A stretch of 64,000 bases of DNA from Balanoglossus misakiensis (lineage: Eukaryota > Animalia > Hemichordata), in assembly GCA_040954595.2 (NCBI GenBank), contig CM082579.2, positions 1,191,908-1,255,907 on the forward strand, given 5' to 3'. Position numbers and translations under genes: made by a program. The notes below the pieces were generated by a model. The model was not told where the DNA came from. It ran no database searches and saw only the letters and a list, made by a program, of their open reading frames with translations. Of the stretch, positions 1 to 13,712 are shown piece by piece (position 1 is the first letter of the stretch; each line of letters begins with the position of its first letter).

Positions 1-1020
1 ATTCAAGTCTGTCACTTAAAAACCAGCAATGGCGGTGTACACTCTCTGAATTTCAAGGACAGTTGGCATTACGAGGGGCATTGCATGCTGTGCGCATAAT
101 ACTACCAGCATTCCCTCCGCCATTTCAAAGGTGATGGTGGTTATAGCTGCTGATAACGCAACCATCAACATTTACGGCCATAACTAGTATGTCAAGCATT
201 TCTCAAGCATCGTTACAAAAAAACATAATGCTTCTTTTGCCCTCAGCAATGCGTTTCCAATATGAGATTTACGTTTTATAAAAAAGAAAAGAAAATTAAC
301 ATGTACAGCATGTTAAATGAAGATTTTACAGATTCTCTGGCTGTTAACAGTCCCATACAATAAATGCCCCTATACATCTGCTATCGATGACCCCGCCCAC
401 TTTGTACAAACGGCGTTTTGAATGGAGGGAATTAGTGTCATCGTCCTCACTAGTCCGGCAAACTGAGCCTACACCTATTTCAACGTCTGGCTGCAAACAA
501 TTGTACGATTGTTTGCGACCCACGCAAGCACCATAATAAATTCTTGGCGCCAGAATCTTAAATTTAGTGCCTTTCTCTGTGACAGAGCATAAAAGCTGAG
601 TATTTAGCCCGGGGTCGTTCGGCAAATTCCTGTCTACAGACTCTCTGAACGGAAAATATGGAGGATTTTTATGGACGTTCTGATCAAAACCGGGTCATCG
701 GGTATGACGTAATGACTGGCCAGTAATTGAATACGACACGCCTTTTCCAACGTACCACCTGGAGTGAGATTACTGCTACTGACCTTACGGAATGAAGACT
801 TAAGGTCAACGCGATCAATATCGACACTCACACTTGCGATTGCAATAGCGTGAGCAGAGATGGCTAAGTTTCCATAGCAACATAATATGGTAGCTAATAG
901 ACTACTATCAGAGAACAAAAGTCCTAATATACAGGGGCTTTTTGACAATGCAATTTATACCGTAGATTATTGTTTAAAACGGAATAGTCATGAATACAGA
1001 TAATTACAATGGCAACTTAC

Positions 1021-1566
1021 TGTAGGCGGGAGTCCTTTGCTCTTGGGTTCGACTGTGTACATGCCACGTTTGAGGTCAAGCTCCTTGTCGCGCGTTTCGT
1101 TCTCGTTGTCGTTCTGGGGCAGAGATACTCCGTAACGGTGAAAGGTGTACTTGATATCATTGTAGATCCAGCGATGAACGGGAAAGATTGAGATACAGTC
1201 CTTCTGGTAGATACTTTCAACCGCGATCCTTTCCACATACCATCCATCCGGGATACTTGCCTTCTTTTTGCTTTTGCTGCTCCTGGGCTTACGCAAAAGC
1301 TCCACTTTCTCCACGGGCCCAAAATTACGCAATCCCGCGATGAAAAATTTGTGGGTGACGGTCTGTGTTTGCCCAACCTGCTGTTGGAATAAATACGGAT
1401 AGGATAGCTTCACGTTACGAGAATGAACGCCATTTTGATTCCACAGCACTACGGTAATATCGCTCAGGTCTGAGTATATTTTTTCCACATTGCGCCCGTC
1501 AGTGTCACCGGCCTTCACGTAGACGATGACGTCTGGGTACTTATTGTGTGAAACTGAAATCCCCAT
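1021..1566 (-). CDS. Lipoxygenase-like gene, first coding exon (PLAT/LH2 domain); remainder lies outside the window
   Basis: ATG at 1566 (MGISVS...). PLAT-type motifs VYVKAGD..., WYVERIAV, FPVHRWI, followed by the LOX-like linker SLPQND...R..EL..KR..Y...GLP. GTAAG donor at 1020. The catalytic domain is not visible. Confidence 0.75.
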
Positions 1567-2394
1567 CGCGATGACCTGAAATGACGGCACCGTCGATATT
1601 TTCCTCGTAGTACTGATGATGCACTGTGCCCTGCCCACTGCTGGCTGCGCCGACTGATGATGATGACATATATGTATAAATAAGCTATATATAGCTTAAG
1701 CGCGCTATTCACGCGCACTATACATAGTTTCGTGTGGTTTCGTGCGGCGAACAAAAATTGTCTGTGATGCACTCTGAATGATCTCGTACGGAGTCGTGAC
1801 CTCTCGCACTCTTTTATTGATGTCCGCCCAAGCTAACATCAATGCTTCCACAGCTTAAGAACAACAGTCTTTACACCAGACAGGCATTATTAGCATGAAG
1901 AATATACGTGCACAGGGTCGGTAATTCTTGTTAAATGCATTTCTAACACTGAATCAATTGATGCTGCTATACTCAAAACAAGTTCATAGAGGGCGCTTCG
2001 AGGACATGACTCGAACATAAACAAACTACAGAAGAGTGATTTGCCAGCAGACACCACCTTATTATGAAGGACCAATTGGAAATTTGCATAGTATTCGATA
2101 TGTAAAGGCGAACTCTGTAAGCCAGCAATTGCAACACTGAGCGGACCATAGACAGCGACAATCGACGTTTGTCTAATATAACTTATTGGTCCTTTGTAAA
2201 TGACCTTCAGGTTTAAATCATCCATGTGAAAACGGATATTTTCTGTAAATGAAAAACATGGGCTGTTGGTCGCCCAGAAAGCATATTTCTACACGGGATC
2301 GGATTTGCACTGACGTTAAATGAAATATATACATGACTTCTGAATAGGTAACATATTATAAATATTGAAATTGACAAAAACGAAAGAAATCAAA

Positions 2395-4673
2395 TCATGG
2401 ACGCAATTTGCAATTTGGATGGTTTTGTAAAATATGACTCAACATCTTCTTTTCCTCTTCAAGTTCTTTAATCGTCTGTTTCAACTCGTCGTTGAGGCTT
2501 TCTTGAGTTTTGTATTCCTGTACGAAAAATGAATTCAGAAATGAAGGTCAAAGAAGATGCAATCGCCAAGACGAAAATATGCTAACGTTTTTCGCAAGAG
2601 CTTTGCACTCGTTTACGTGAGTAAATCTTTCAAGGCTGTTAAACAAATTTCCAACGATTTTTGATACCATGGATGTACCATACCCATATTGATATTGACG
2701 CAAAAAATACGTTCCTACCAGAATCATACTTTGTCGTTGAGGGCGCCGCGTTTTATGAATAACGTTTTAAGGACTCGTAGCCGATAGAAGTCAATATTTG
2801 AACTTCCCATCACGTTCTGTCACTGGCTGTGAATTTTGCTTTTACCCCACAAACTCTGACACCCGTGTCAAAAAATTCAAACCGTGTCAGTACTCCCTAT
2901 AAACACCATTTCATAGAATTGATACATGATGTTATGTGTTATGACGCGTTATCAGTAGAGGGCGTCACCTAAAAGTATGAACACAAATGAACCCCACTAC
3001 ACCCGATTCCAGACTGAACGCCCCGCATGTTAATCATTAATGGTGTCAGTTGTAAACGATAAATTAAAACAGAGTCCTTCCTGGTAGATGATAACACAAA
3101 TAAAATCACCAGAAGAACGGTGGTTTCTTTTTCTTTTCTCTTCTGCCTACATTTGTCAGCCGCTATGCGATTTCTTTCTCTTCTCATTCTTTTTCTTTCT
3201 ACCTCTTCATCATCGAGCTGCAAAGACAAATGAAAAGAAGATAATTCGGATATATCACAATGAAAATTTAGCGTTATTTACTTGAATATGTAGATTTTCA
3301 CACGTCTTTGTTGTTAGAGATTGCTATTGTCTTGGTTTGTGTAAAGCCGTGCGGAAGCGTTTTGACGAATACAACAATCGACCTTTGGTATTGACGTAAA
3401 GAGCGCGACACCCCCAACGAACAAAATACCAACACGTACAGAAGACATGATTTTGTGTTAATAATTTCGTAATTTCGTCAAGTTTCAACTTTACAACTTT
3501 TGTTGTGTATATTTACTTTTCCTCCAGCTCTGTTTGGAAAATGGCGCTGACCAATAGCCACCCAAAGACACCTCAAGTTCTTTCATTTTTAACAGCTCTT
3601 CAACAGTTATTACTGTAGCTAAGAATGACCTTTGATTGGAATGACCAGACCGATTTTTACTGTACGCCTACACGATTCAGTGGGCTGAAACATATCAACA
3701 CCCACAACAAATTGGTTACTGTTTAGAGTGGCATGAACAGCCGCGTAGAGTACATGAGAAATTGTGGAAGAGAAAAAAAAACGAAAAAATTAAACTCCAC
3801 ACCAGAACCATCATGAAATTCTCTAACATTATTGTTATTATTATTAAAAATGCAGCCATTTTGCTCCAATTGTTGATGACATGATGGGTTTATCGATGCT
3901 TATCATTTTATTTCTCCAAGAGACTAACGGTATTTTATAATTTACACCCAACGCTGTGTTGACCGAAGGCGTTGGTGAAGTCGATCGTCACAGCATGCAA
4001 TACTTTCTAGTCGGTTCTCTTTTTATTGCACAATCCAAGATGGCCGAGTGGGCTTGGTGGTTCCGGGGTGATAAATTGTTTAGTGTTATTTTCGAGTGTC
4101 CGATTCGTCAAATTCCGGACTGCCTTAAATGACTGGGTCAGCTGGTTTAATATACTTCAAGGTCTAGAGATCAACTTTAATGATTCAAACATCAAGTCAG
4201 GAAAACAGTTAGATACACGATGTTTAGTCCAAAATTCACATGTACAAATTGTAAACCCCCAAGAACGAAAATGGACAACATATACATTAAGTGTTAAGAT
4301 CATTCCCACCAATTGCAACTATTTATCGAAAGAACATCTCAGAATTAACATAAAAAGTTTTAATTGAAGCTATGCCAGTTTTGGCCATCAACTAGAAAGA
4401 GAACGGGCCCCTTTCGTGGAAAACTCGACGAAGTTACTTTATTGATTCACTTACTTCATAACTCTGATTTGGATTCTTGTATTCTGGTCGGACATCAGGA
4501 AGGCCTTTCAACAATCTCCGCCGTCTTATGGTGTTTTTCAGTTCCTCTTTGACTAGCCCCGAACAGAATCTGGCTACCTCTCCGCGAAACTGTCCGCTCA
4601 TCACACTCTTGGAGTACTCTGGATTCGGTTCCCTGAAGACGTGGTGACAAACTGATCGATCGGTTTCAACCAT
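2395..4673 (-). CDS. ATF3/JDP2-family bZIP transcription factor, paralog A (~149 aa)
   Basis: Exons 4673-4455, 3217-3110 and 2517-2395, all phase 0. LVKEELKNTIRRRR resembles the ATF3 'VKEELRFAIQ' motif. Basic region RRERNRIAADKCR; zipper ends ...MLSHILQNHPNC. Confidence 0.88.
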
Positions 4674-6111
4674 CCTTTCGACTGTCGGTTCTGTAACAAT
4701 GAAAGGAAAAAGTGGTTAACATGAGATACAGCAACTTTTAAAATTGAGCAACGTTTGATCACAGCAACCTCAGAACAAGCCACTGTTTTATTGAAGTTGA
4801 TGTGAGTTGAAGTCTCTACAATTACAGAGACGTTTGTTATCTTAATATCAAAATATCGTGACTTTTTTAAACGTCAATTGCTTTCCATAAGTCTAAAATA
4901 GCCGAGGTCGCGTAAATGTTTCCTAAAAATCGATAAAAACCAGTCCAGACTCCATGATCATATTAAACACCGCCAATGTTAAATCACCGCTTATGAATTT
5001 TGTTTACTAATAATACGACGTTTTTTTCTGTTTGCCAGTCTGTTTATCCGATCAGTCAGAACACTTCCATTTAGGGGATCGCCAAGTGCAGGAAATCACT
5101 AAAATTGTCGGGAAAGCCCTACTTAGTGTCTTACCAAATGTTCGGCCACAGCGGTACATATTCTAAATCAGTAGCAAACCAAGGGGCAACCCAAGGTCTT
5201 GGCCAAATGCACCCCCTTGAATTAATGGTGTAGCGTGAGTCCTCACCTTTATTTCAATTCTGTCACGTTAATGTGACTATACCCTTCCACCTGACTCATT
5301 GTTCAAATTACTCGGAATTCTAACTTTTCGTGGTAATTCTGACACCGATCCATATCATTCAAACACCTGTCACCTGTGTCGCTTATATTTCGTCACACGA
5401 CATACGCCCAGTTTTAAAGTAAAATACCTTCGACGATGAAAAATTAATACGACATTATGGTGCAATAGTTGGGAAGGGGCGCAAAAAATTGCTTCATAAG
5501 TTCAAGCTGCCGTCTCATCGTTGGTTTGTTGTGAATATACATGTACTATAATATGCGTGTATGTCGCAATTTCCGTGTGGCATACCTGTGTACTGACTGT
5601 TTATTATGGCCTGTTAATTTGGTTAGCCAGTTACCTTTTGGATCATTCTACTCTCATGATATTTACGGCAAAAATCAATTTCTTTTGCGCCCACTTGTCA
5701 CATTTTCACCTCAGCCCAAGAAGTGACGATGGGTTGTGTAATTATCACTGACATAAAGTGCGACAACTATTTGTGTACATGCAAGTCAAGTGTCAGGCCG
5801 CCATAGAGGACGGTGTACTTTTGATAATCGATCACAACACTGGTCTTTCTGGTTAGTTATATTTTGAAACTAAGACTGGCGATTTTACAAGACACAAAAA
5901 CTGCCTAAAGTTCGGTAAACTAAGAATCTCTTAGTAATATATGTGTATAAAACAAACTACGCGGACAATTTGAAATTATTGACGAACGTATTTGACAGAC
6001 ATTTTCGCCGACACGGTTTGCCTTTGTTTGGGTACCTGACTTGAACCTATGTCGCAGAGAGCGCCGGCATGGTGCGATCAAACCGAGCCAGCCAACAACT
6101 GCCGATCTTAC

Positions 6112-6272
6112 CTGAGTCAACGTAAAGCTATCGGGTCAACGTTTGTGACAACTCCATTTTATCATATTGCGGGAACCCGTCACAAATAACGCTGACCGCT
6201 GTACTGCAGTGTAGAATGTAGAATAAAGTTCCTACTGAATTATACGTGTACTAGTTGTCTGTGGTTTAAATA
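6112..6272 (-). promoter_or_regulatory. Putative TATA box and non-coding first exon of ATF3-like paralog A
   Basis: The coding exon has a splice acceptor at 4691, upstream of the ATG. A CAG|GTAAG donor at 6111 and a TATTTAAA at 6272-6265 are in the same orientation. The link between them is inferred. Confidence 0.35.
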
Positions 6273-9200
6273 CGTAGGCGGACAATACCTTTGCTATCGC
6301 AAGGGGGGGGGGGGTATTTACACTTTGATTAACCTTGATTATTATTAAGGTCGACCACACCGACTCAACACACTCCTCTGTCGATTACCAAACCCCCTTA
6401 CAATAAAATATAATAAATCCACATTTGTTCAAACTTACATTAATTATATCTAATATAAACTTAGTTTATTTTCCTGTTAAAATGACATTTTATCAAAATA
6501 ATCATATCAAGTAGCTAACTTGGCTGGTTAACCTCTTTCACCGCAAGTTTCGAATCAAAACCAGAGTTTCGGTTTCGTATTGACAAACAGATTGAAAATA
6601 CTTGCCGACTGGTCAGTATCTTGTTAAGTAGATAAACTAAAAAAGGCTAGAGTCAAGACTTGGTAGCTAGTACAAGTTTCACCCGGCTAACATTTTGATA
6701 TACCGACCTCATGACCTATAGGACAAATGACTTGTTGGTACACTACTGATATTTATTGTTTTGAAGCTACCGGATTTGTGTTCAGTCACTTACGTTATTC
6801 TGGATGAAAAAATCACAACTTTTAAGCAGAATGTTGTGGATAGTGAAACTGTTTCGTATCATTTTGATTCGAAATAAATGATGTGCCAAAAATTGCAAAT
6901 AAACTCAACAATTAACATAAAAGGGGGTGCATGGTTGTGAACGCGATTTTGTCGTAGAAGAATGCTCGGTCAAAAGATTTGTACATACTTGCCAACGAGG
7001 GCGCTAAAACATGATTCCTACAAGTTACAACACTGTTGATGGCTGAGTGCCTAAAGCCCAGAGCTGGCGGAATCCAATTCAATTCCTTATTAACTTCACG
7101 GAAGAAAGCGATCATCCTATTTATAGTATGGTCATTGAAGTTGGAGAGAACGGTGAGAATGATCAAGTTTTATTAGACCCGTCGACGGCAATGATTATGG
7201 ACGGGTAAATTGCATCGTCCACTACACGAAATTTAAAATACTGATATAGTCTCAATGGAATAAAAGAAGTGATCTTGGAGGATCTTGTATAGGAACCTGA
7301 AGATGCAAATGTGTCCCCAAGTAATCGTTTTCTTCTTGGCTACCATGACAACTTCTTTATGTTTCAGATTTCAAGTGCCAGATTCCAAAATTAAATTCCC
7401 ACATAATGACCTTGTCTCGAAAAGACGGAAGCTTATTGTACTGATTTGAATTCCAGACAGGCACCGCGACCTGTTAGTTGATGGTGCCCACGGGAGACGT
7501 TTAGGTGTTGTCAACCGAATGAATCTATTCGTAGAGGAAGTTTAAAGTCTACCTTGCGGTCGAAAAAAAATCTCACTGTTTTCGCGATCCATGATGTGAC
7601 GTTTTAAGCAATTCGTCACTGCAAAATTCCACTATAAATGGATAAGTTTTTTTTTTAAATTGCCGTCGTGGTTTTATTTATGTTTGATGTTTAGTGGGAG
7701 TAAATTGGTTACATTTGTATCATTTTTATACACGCGTTCATTTTGAATTCGCTAAAGCCATACTTATCTTCATGCAACTGTGAAAACACCACACTTAGAA
7801 GTTAAATTAAAACAATCTTTAAATCTTTACACTTCCTTCCTATTTTATCTCAATATCTTTATGTATCACTTATCAATTTTAATGAACGTTAGCTTCAATT
7901 TGAGATATTGAAGATATCTTTAACGGCCGTGTAATTATTATCAGTGTAGAGAAAACCAAAATATGTAATATAAAAATTATGCATAAATATCGTCTAATTG
8001 TTGAAATGATAAAAATACCTGTACCTAATCGGAAATATTTATTGAGGTGTAGAAGGATGCAATGCCTCAAGGAAAAGACGGCAAACACGATAGGTGTCCC
8101 AATTGTGCAATTAATTAAATAGAGACAAGCAACGGCAGCAACGAAACTCGTAAAATCAAATGTCATTATAGCGTTGCATACGAAATACATTTTATGATTA
8201 ACAGGATGAACTGTGGTTTTTGTTTACGATTCATCACAATGAAACATTTGTCGAGAGTTTTCTTGTTTCGAATAACTTTCGGGAAGTGACATCCACTCTC
8301 GAAATTTAATCCCTTTAGTGACATAATACCTAAGGATGAGTTATGTGGATTTAACATGCAGGTAACTTGCAGTATTTCTCTAATCAGGTCTTTACATGAG
8401 TATATTAATTACTGGGATGACCTAAATTTGACCTCATCAGGCTATCCTGATAAACAGCAAGCGATCGAGCAGTGTTGTGAATACTAATGATTCGCTGTCA
8501 CGGTGTTGCAGAAATCAGACTGATGAACTTCTTCTCGAGTGAAACAAAACTATATCGATATCTTTCACACGCAAGAAAAGGAATGAAGGCTAACCCTGGT
8601 GGTAATTTTCGTTTTTACATCCAATTTACATTATATGACTTTAAACATATTTGCGACGCAGTCTAATCTTTGATTTTACGACATTGAACTTTTGTATCAG
8701 TTCGATAAATATTTCTTATACCCATGTTATTGAATGTAATAATTGATTAAGTACTGCTACAGTGACATCCAAAACTCAACATGAAAAGTCACACAAGTTA
8801 TGAGAGTCGTGAAAAGGTGAATATTTCACTTTCTATGACGTATGTTCGCACGAAATCTGCGTAATTGGCCAGTACAGTTAAATTACGGCGAACATTTGAC
8901 GTACTCGACATTTTGTACTAAAATATTACGAATAAATTGCAAAACGCAAGGCAAGTTAACTGTAATTGAAAGCCTATGCATTTCTTAGACGTCCGTTTTT
9001 GCTTGATAGGATAATCATTGGCGTTTAATAAAACCTCAATGATGATTTACTGTTCGTAATTAAAACAGCAGCCTCTAGAAATTTAAACTGAGTGATTGTT
9101 CAGATTGAACAGGTACAATTCCCCCTCAGGGCAAAAGACTATACAGGCGTTCGAAATGTAACACTCTCAATGTCCAATCTGACCACGATAAGTTCGCATA

Positions 9201-10070
9201 TGGTTCTACGTTCACGTCAAATATATAAATCAGAATACTGTAATTTTAGACTTTTTAACGGACCAGCCGGCCAGACAGACATAGACACTTGCACATATGA
9301 ATACACTGTATCAAATCAGAATCGGAGACACAACCCATTAGCGTTTAGGATGACATGAAAACTTTACAAACTTTAACAGTATCAGATCGTCGCGAAATTT
9401 AGGGGTCTATCTCTCCATTCTTCAGCATGTGTAATTTATGCATAAACTGACAACAAATTGAAGTGTCTTCACAACGCATGCGTCATTGCAATTATTGTAA
9501 TATGGCCCCTTCATCCAATGGGCGGCACTCGATCAGGTCTGTCGTCTGGGAAATGAACGGAGTCCGATAGTCCACCTGGCGCCTCTTGTCTAATTCGTGG
9601 ATTGGAACGATCACGATGGAGTCTACACATAAATCACTCTTTTAATTTGTCATGTAACTCAGAACTCACGTTTCTCCAAAACGATTATAGCGAAAGTACA
9701 GCGAGAGTGACTCTGAGTTACAGAAAGATGTGAGGTATTATGCTGTCCACGACTACGTTAGAATTCGAAAGTAAGTTGTTTTTTTTCACTCACTTCCGTT
9801 CTCCAGATCGTTTATGTATAATGCAGTAATGCAAGGTGGCGAACCGGCTTCAACGAGTATGCTTTCTCATTACATCATTCGCGCAATGGGTAATTGAACG
9901 GATTAATGGTCGTCTAGCGCTTGTGGGAGCCCTCTCAATTATTGGCTCAGGCCCTCGTTCGACTTTGTGATGAGCACAACGAGCGATTTTGCTGTCCTTG
10001 CAGCCTCTTAGCGATATTGAAAAGGGCGCATTATGTTTGGATTTGATCGCCACGCATGTGCTTGGTCGGC

Positions 10071-10078
10071 TATATAAA
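10071..10078 (+). promoter_or_regulatory. TATA box upstream of the GPCR
   Basis: TATATAAA 160 bp upstream of the ATG at 10231. Confidence 0.5.
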
Positions 10079-10230
10079 CAGAACAGTCTCTCTACTTCCA
10101 TTCACTCTGTTCAGCGACACCGTTCGTGATGTTTGCAGGATTTTCAGAGAGTGCGTTCATACAGCTGTTGTGACACCATCAGACAATCATCGAAATAGTA
10201 ACCGACCTTTGTCGTTCATTCGGGATCAGA

Positions 10231-11295
10231 ATGTCACATCACGAAAACTCTTCATTAGCGGTGGATTTGGATAATTCAACCAGCAAGGCGGGCGCGTGTC
10301 TCTGGCTTGACAACATTTCAGATAACGTAATCTTATTGGTTATCTGCATCATCGGCATATTCGGCAATGTGACTGTTATTTTTGTCATCCTTCGAGTGCG
10401 TTCAATGAGAACAGCCACCAACGCGTTGTTGATAAACCTGGCCGTCGGCGACCTACTCGTCCTATTGCGAACACTTTCGGAGTCACTTTGCGAGTTGATA
10501 GGACGCGACAGCTGCCCGATGTTTGACATGGACGTCCGTTGCATGACTTCTGCTGTGTTCGTCATGGCCTTCATGGCATCGCTGCACACACTGATGGTAC
10601 TCAGCATCGAACGTTTCCTGGCAATATGCAAACCCCTGTCGCCCTCCACTCGCATGCTTCAGGGCAAGAAATGCACAGCGCTGATGGTGTTCGTCATCTG
10701 GATATTCTCCGGGGTTCTGTGCTTTCTATTTCTCGGTTACGGATGTCTGTCGCTTGATAGTCCAGCAATGACATTCTTCGGCACTTATCTCCCAATCTTC
10801 AATTTTCTCATGGTTTCCATCGTGATGACCGTCCTCTACTCTTTGGTCATCCGCAAGATGGAAGAGACTAGGCGTTCTATGGCAACACTGCGCGCTACGT
10901 CATCGAATAAGGAACACAAAGTTGCTGTACTTTGTCTCATTACAGCCATCATCTCCTGCATCTGCCTCCTTCCCTACATCTTCACCGAGACCGTGGAGTT
11001 CTTGGCGAACTTCCTGAACCTGTTCCGTCTCCCGGCGTGGGTCGACTGCTTGCATCAGATCGGGGACTACTTCATCAACGCAAACTCCGCCGTGAATCCG
11101 TACATCTATAACATTTTCAGTAGTAGGTACCGAAATGCGTTGGCAAAGGCCCTCGGACTGGCGGGGAAGGACTCCCAAGGAGACTCACACTCTCAAAGTC
11201 GTTTCAGAACAAACCGACTCCAGTTGCAGACGAAAGAGACCACAGTGAACGGAGCAGCAATTTGTAAACAGAAGAGAGAGCCGGTCTGGGTATAA
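10231..11295 (+). CDS. Intronless class-A (rhodopsin-like) GPCR, peptide-receptor-like, 354 aa
   Basis: Seven hydrophobic segments. GN in TM1, NLAVGDL in TM2, SIERFLAIC (E/DRY-like), W in TM4, CLLP in TM6, NSAVNPYIY (NPxxY), helix 8 SRYR. Confidence 0.95.
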   Translation: MSHHENSSLAVDLDNSTSKAGACLWLDNISDNVILLVICIIGIFGNVTVIFVILRVRSMRTATNALLINLAVGDLLVLLRTLSESLCELIGRDSCPMFDMDVRCMTSAVFVMAFMASLHTLMVLSIERFLAICKPLSPSTRMLQGKKCTALMVFVIWIFSGVLCFLFLGYGCLSLDSPAMTFFGTYLPIFNFLMVSIVMTVLYSLVIRKMEETRRSMATLRATSSNKEHKVAVLCLITAIISCICLLPYIFTETVEFLANFLNLFRLPAWVDCLHQIGDYFINANSAVNPYIYNIFSSRYRNALAKALGLAGKDSQGDSHSQSRFRTNRLQLQTKETTVNGAAICKQKREPVWV

Positions 11296-12447
11296 ACCAC
11301 ATCAACATTTAGTGTAGGTTTGTCCTCGAATATTTCCAAACTATATTTATTTCGTGACATTTCCGAGTTACCAAACCTGATAAGCGGACAGTTTTGACAA
11401 CGAAAGCCAAGTTCAGTGTACCCAGATAACGATGCGTGTATACGTTTTGTAAGTTTCAATGTTATAGAATGATACTTATAAATTCTATTTGAGGAGTGAA
11501 TGTTTTCCGACAAATAATTATGTGTTAACAATGCTTATGAGACTAAAATCTCCATTATTATTACCATTTATGCATAATTGTCCGTGGCTCGTACCGTACG
11601 CGTATATAAGAGTGGATAACATTATTAAGCGACATCAAACATAAATTTATGGGGGTACGCTTTTCATACATGTTGTCGCACGCTATTGTTAGATGACCTG
11701 TCACCTGATGGATCTGGTTATATTAATGGCTTGTTGGTTACATTTAAATGTTGTATAAATACATGAATTGAGCATATGGTTTCCTCTGTTTTCGTCCGTA
11801 AATAAAAGCATTGTCTTTTTGTAGCATTTCTAAACCAAATAGAGTATTCCTTCTTACATATAAGCTTATGCTCTATATGTTGTTATCAGCCACTCTTGGT
11901 ATTCTCTGCTCGTTCAGCAATGCACTTTAAACAAAGTGATTGAATGAGCATATGGTCATGTTTTCAGTGGATTATAATGGATCTATTGTGATGACTTGAA
12001 CGATGTTAAAGCAACTCTAGAGCCATATTAGGGGTTGGTTATTTCGACAAAGCAAAATTTTTCCACGGGTTTCTATATGCTGACGTTTCGACTCCATTTT
12101 TTAGAGATTACCTAATTCTAACGAAAACACTGCTCTCCAATTACCCATTTGTGTACTTGTAACTCGCCACTGGTGACCCGTGCGTATGTCGCATTTGCTA
12201 GACTGAACGCCTTATGGCTTTATCTTTGTGACATTACTTTTCGTATTTAACATCCAAACATAGATATCTGCACTATACAATAATTGTTATTGCCATTTGG
12301 TGTAAGTCGCTTAAATTCGGAACGTTAGCTTACAACTCTATTTTAGTTCGTTTTGCTTAAAACTAAAATCGGTTATTGATACAAGCTATCACAAGCTACT
12401 ACAAAAAGTGCTGTTTACTGTATTTCGTATTCTTGTGTCGTGCTGTA

Positions 12448-13712
12448 TTAGAAGTTCCGTGCCAAATCCTGTTTGACGACATTGGCGCAGTCGACGGCTG
12501 TAATCAGATACATCCTAGTACATGTAATCATTGCTTTAGGCAGACAATAAAATTGATGGGATAGATTTACTTCCAAGAAGCTTGCACGACACAAGAACGC
12601 GATTTTATATCTGTTCACAAAAGAGAGGGTAAATCTCAAGTTCTTTACGGTACGTGAAATGAATTGAGGAAAAGTTTCAGTCGTCTTCGTAGAATGCATG
12701 TCAATGAAGACACGTTGGTGAAGACCGAGGCCATTACATGTTCAAATGTACATGAGCCACCTTATCAAATCTTCAACCACCTTGAATTTTGCCGATGTAC
12801 TCCAAAAAGTTTCCAAAAATAGTTATTTCAAGTCAACATATATATTTACTATATATTTATCATGCAGTTCACAATAATATTATAGAGCTGGTGCGGATAT
12901 GACGTCATAAAATCATATTAAGAAGCTACGAGATGATAACATTATTCAAATCTAAATTCTGTATCAGTAGAAAAGCAAGAACGGCATATGAAGCACAAAC
13001 ACAGACGTTGCGTGTGATGTGCATTGATTTATGTAAAGTAAACTATTCATCAAATGCATCTACTAGTTTTATGGTCCTCAACGGACACTCGATCAACGGT
13101 TGCCACGGTAATATATATATTACATAAACGTACGGTGATGTGAATTATTCGGCATGAGAAATTTTTGAATAATTTGAGTGTCGAAGGAGATAATGTAGGA
13201 AATATTTTAATTAAAATAAATGAATAAATTTACTGTAACTGGTACTCAACGTAATGTGTTATAATTCGAGCAATCTTTAAGTGGAGTGATAGAGCCGAAC
13301 CAAGACAAGTTTAAACTCAGTGGTGAATGTTCACTAATTTACATTCATGCTTTCAAATAGCTTTAACCGACTTTCCAAAGAACGTCTCCGACAAGTTGTT
13401 TGGTGGAGTTCTAGATTGCTTGAGCAGAGACATTCATGCCCTCAAATCTACCCATAAAAGCTAAGTGCACCCACAATCCTTAGCGCACGGTTGTATTTAG
13501 GCACCAATGTGAGAGCACCTCTAAATCCCACCATCATCACCATCATAAAAATAACACATATGTCGTCACAATTACTGAGAGGCTGAGGTTATTATTCTAA
13601 AATACGGAAACTTACAAATCTTTGGGCCAGCCAGGATACTTAAGAAGCCGCTTCCCAAGTTTGACCATTGACATCACGTGATCAGTTTCAACGTCTTCAT
13701 ATGGGCGTCGTC
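12448..13712 (-). pseudogene. Orphan tyrosine-kinase C-lobe exons (duplicate relic of the RTK, or an alternative 3' end)
   Basis: Exon 13712-13616 (97 nt, AG/GTAAG, phase 1-2) encodes GRRPYEDVETDHVMSMVKLGKRLLKYPGWPKDL. It has the same length and phase as RTK exon 19074-18978 ([33 protein letters not shown]). A degenerate next exon starts at 12610 (YKIAFLCR...ANVVKQDL). Confidence 0.65.

Noticed and set aside
344-948. Two minus-strand ORFs downstream of the PLAT exon
   Set aside because: No lipoxygenase motifs and no convincing splice-phase fit; treated as intron.
2951-2968. CTCF-like AGAGGGCG motifs here and at ~1990, 40588, 58513 and 62859
   Set aside because: Partial matches only; cannot be distinguished from chance or repeat remnants by eye.
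4038-4062. AGATGGCCGAGTGG resembles a tRNA A-box or SINE head
   Set aside because: No B-box or cloverleaf follows.
6912-9358. Several 60-100 aa ORFs, some hydrophobic
   Set aside because: AT-rich chance ORFs with no motifs or exon chain.
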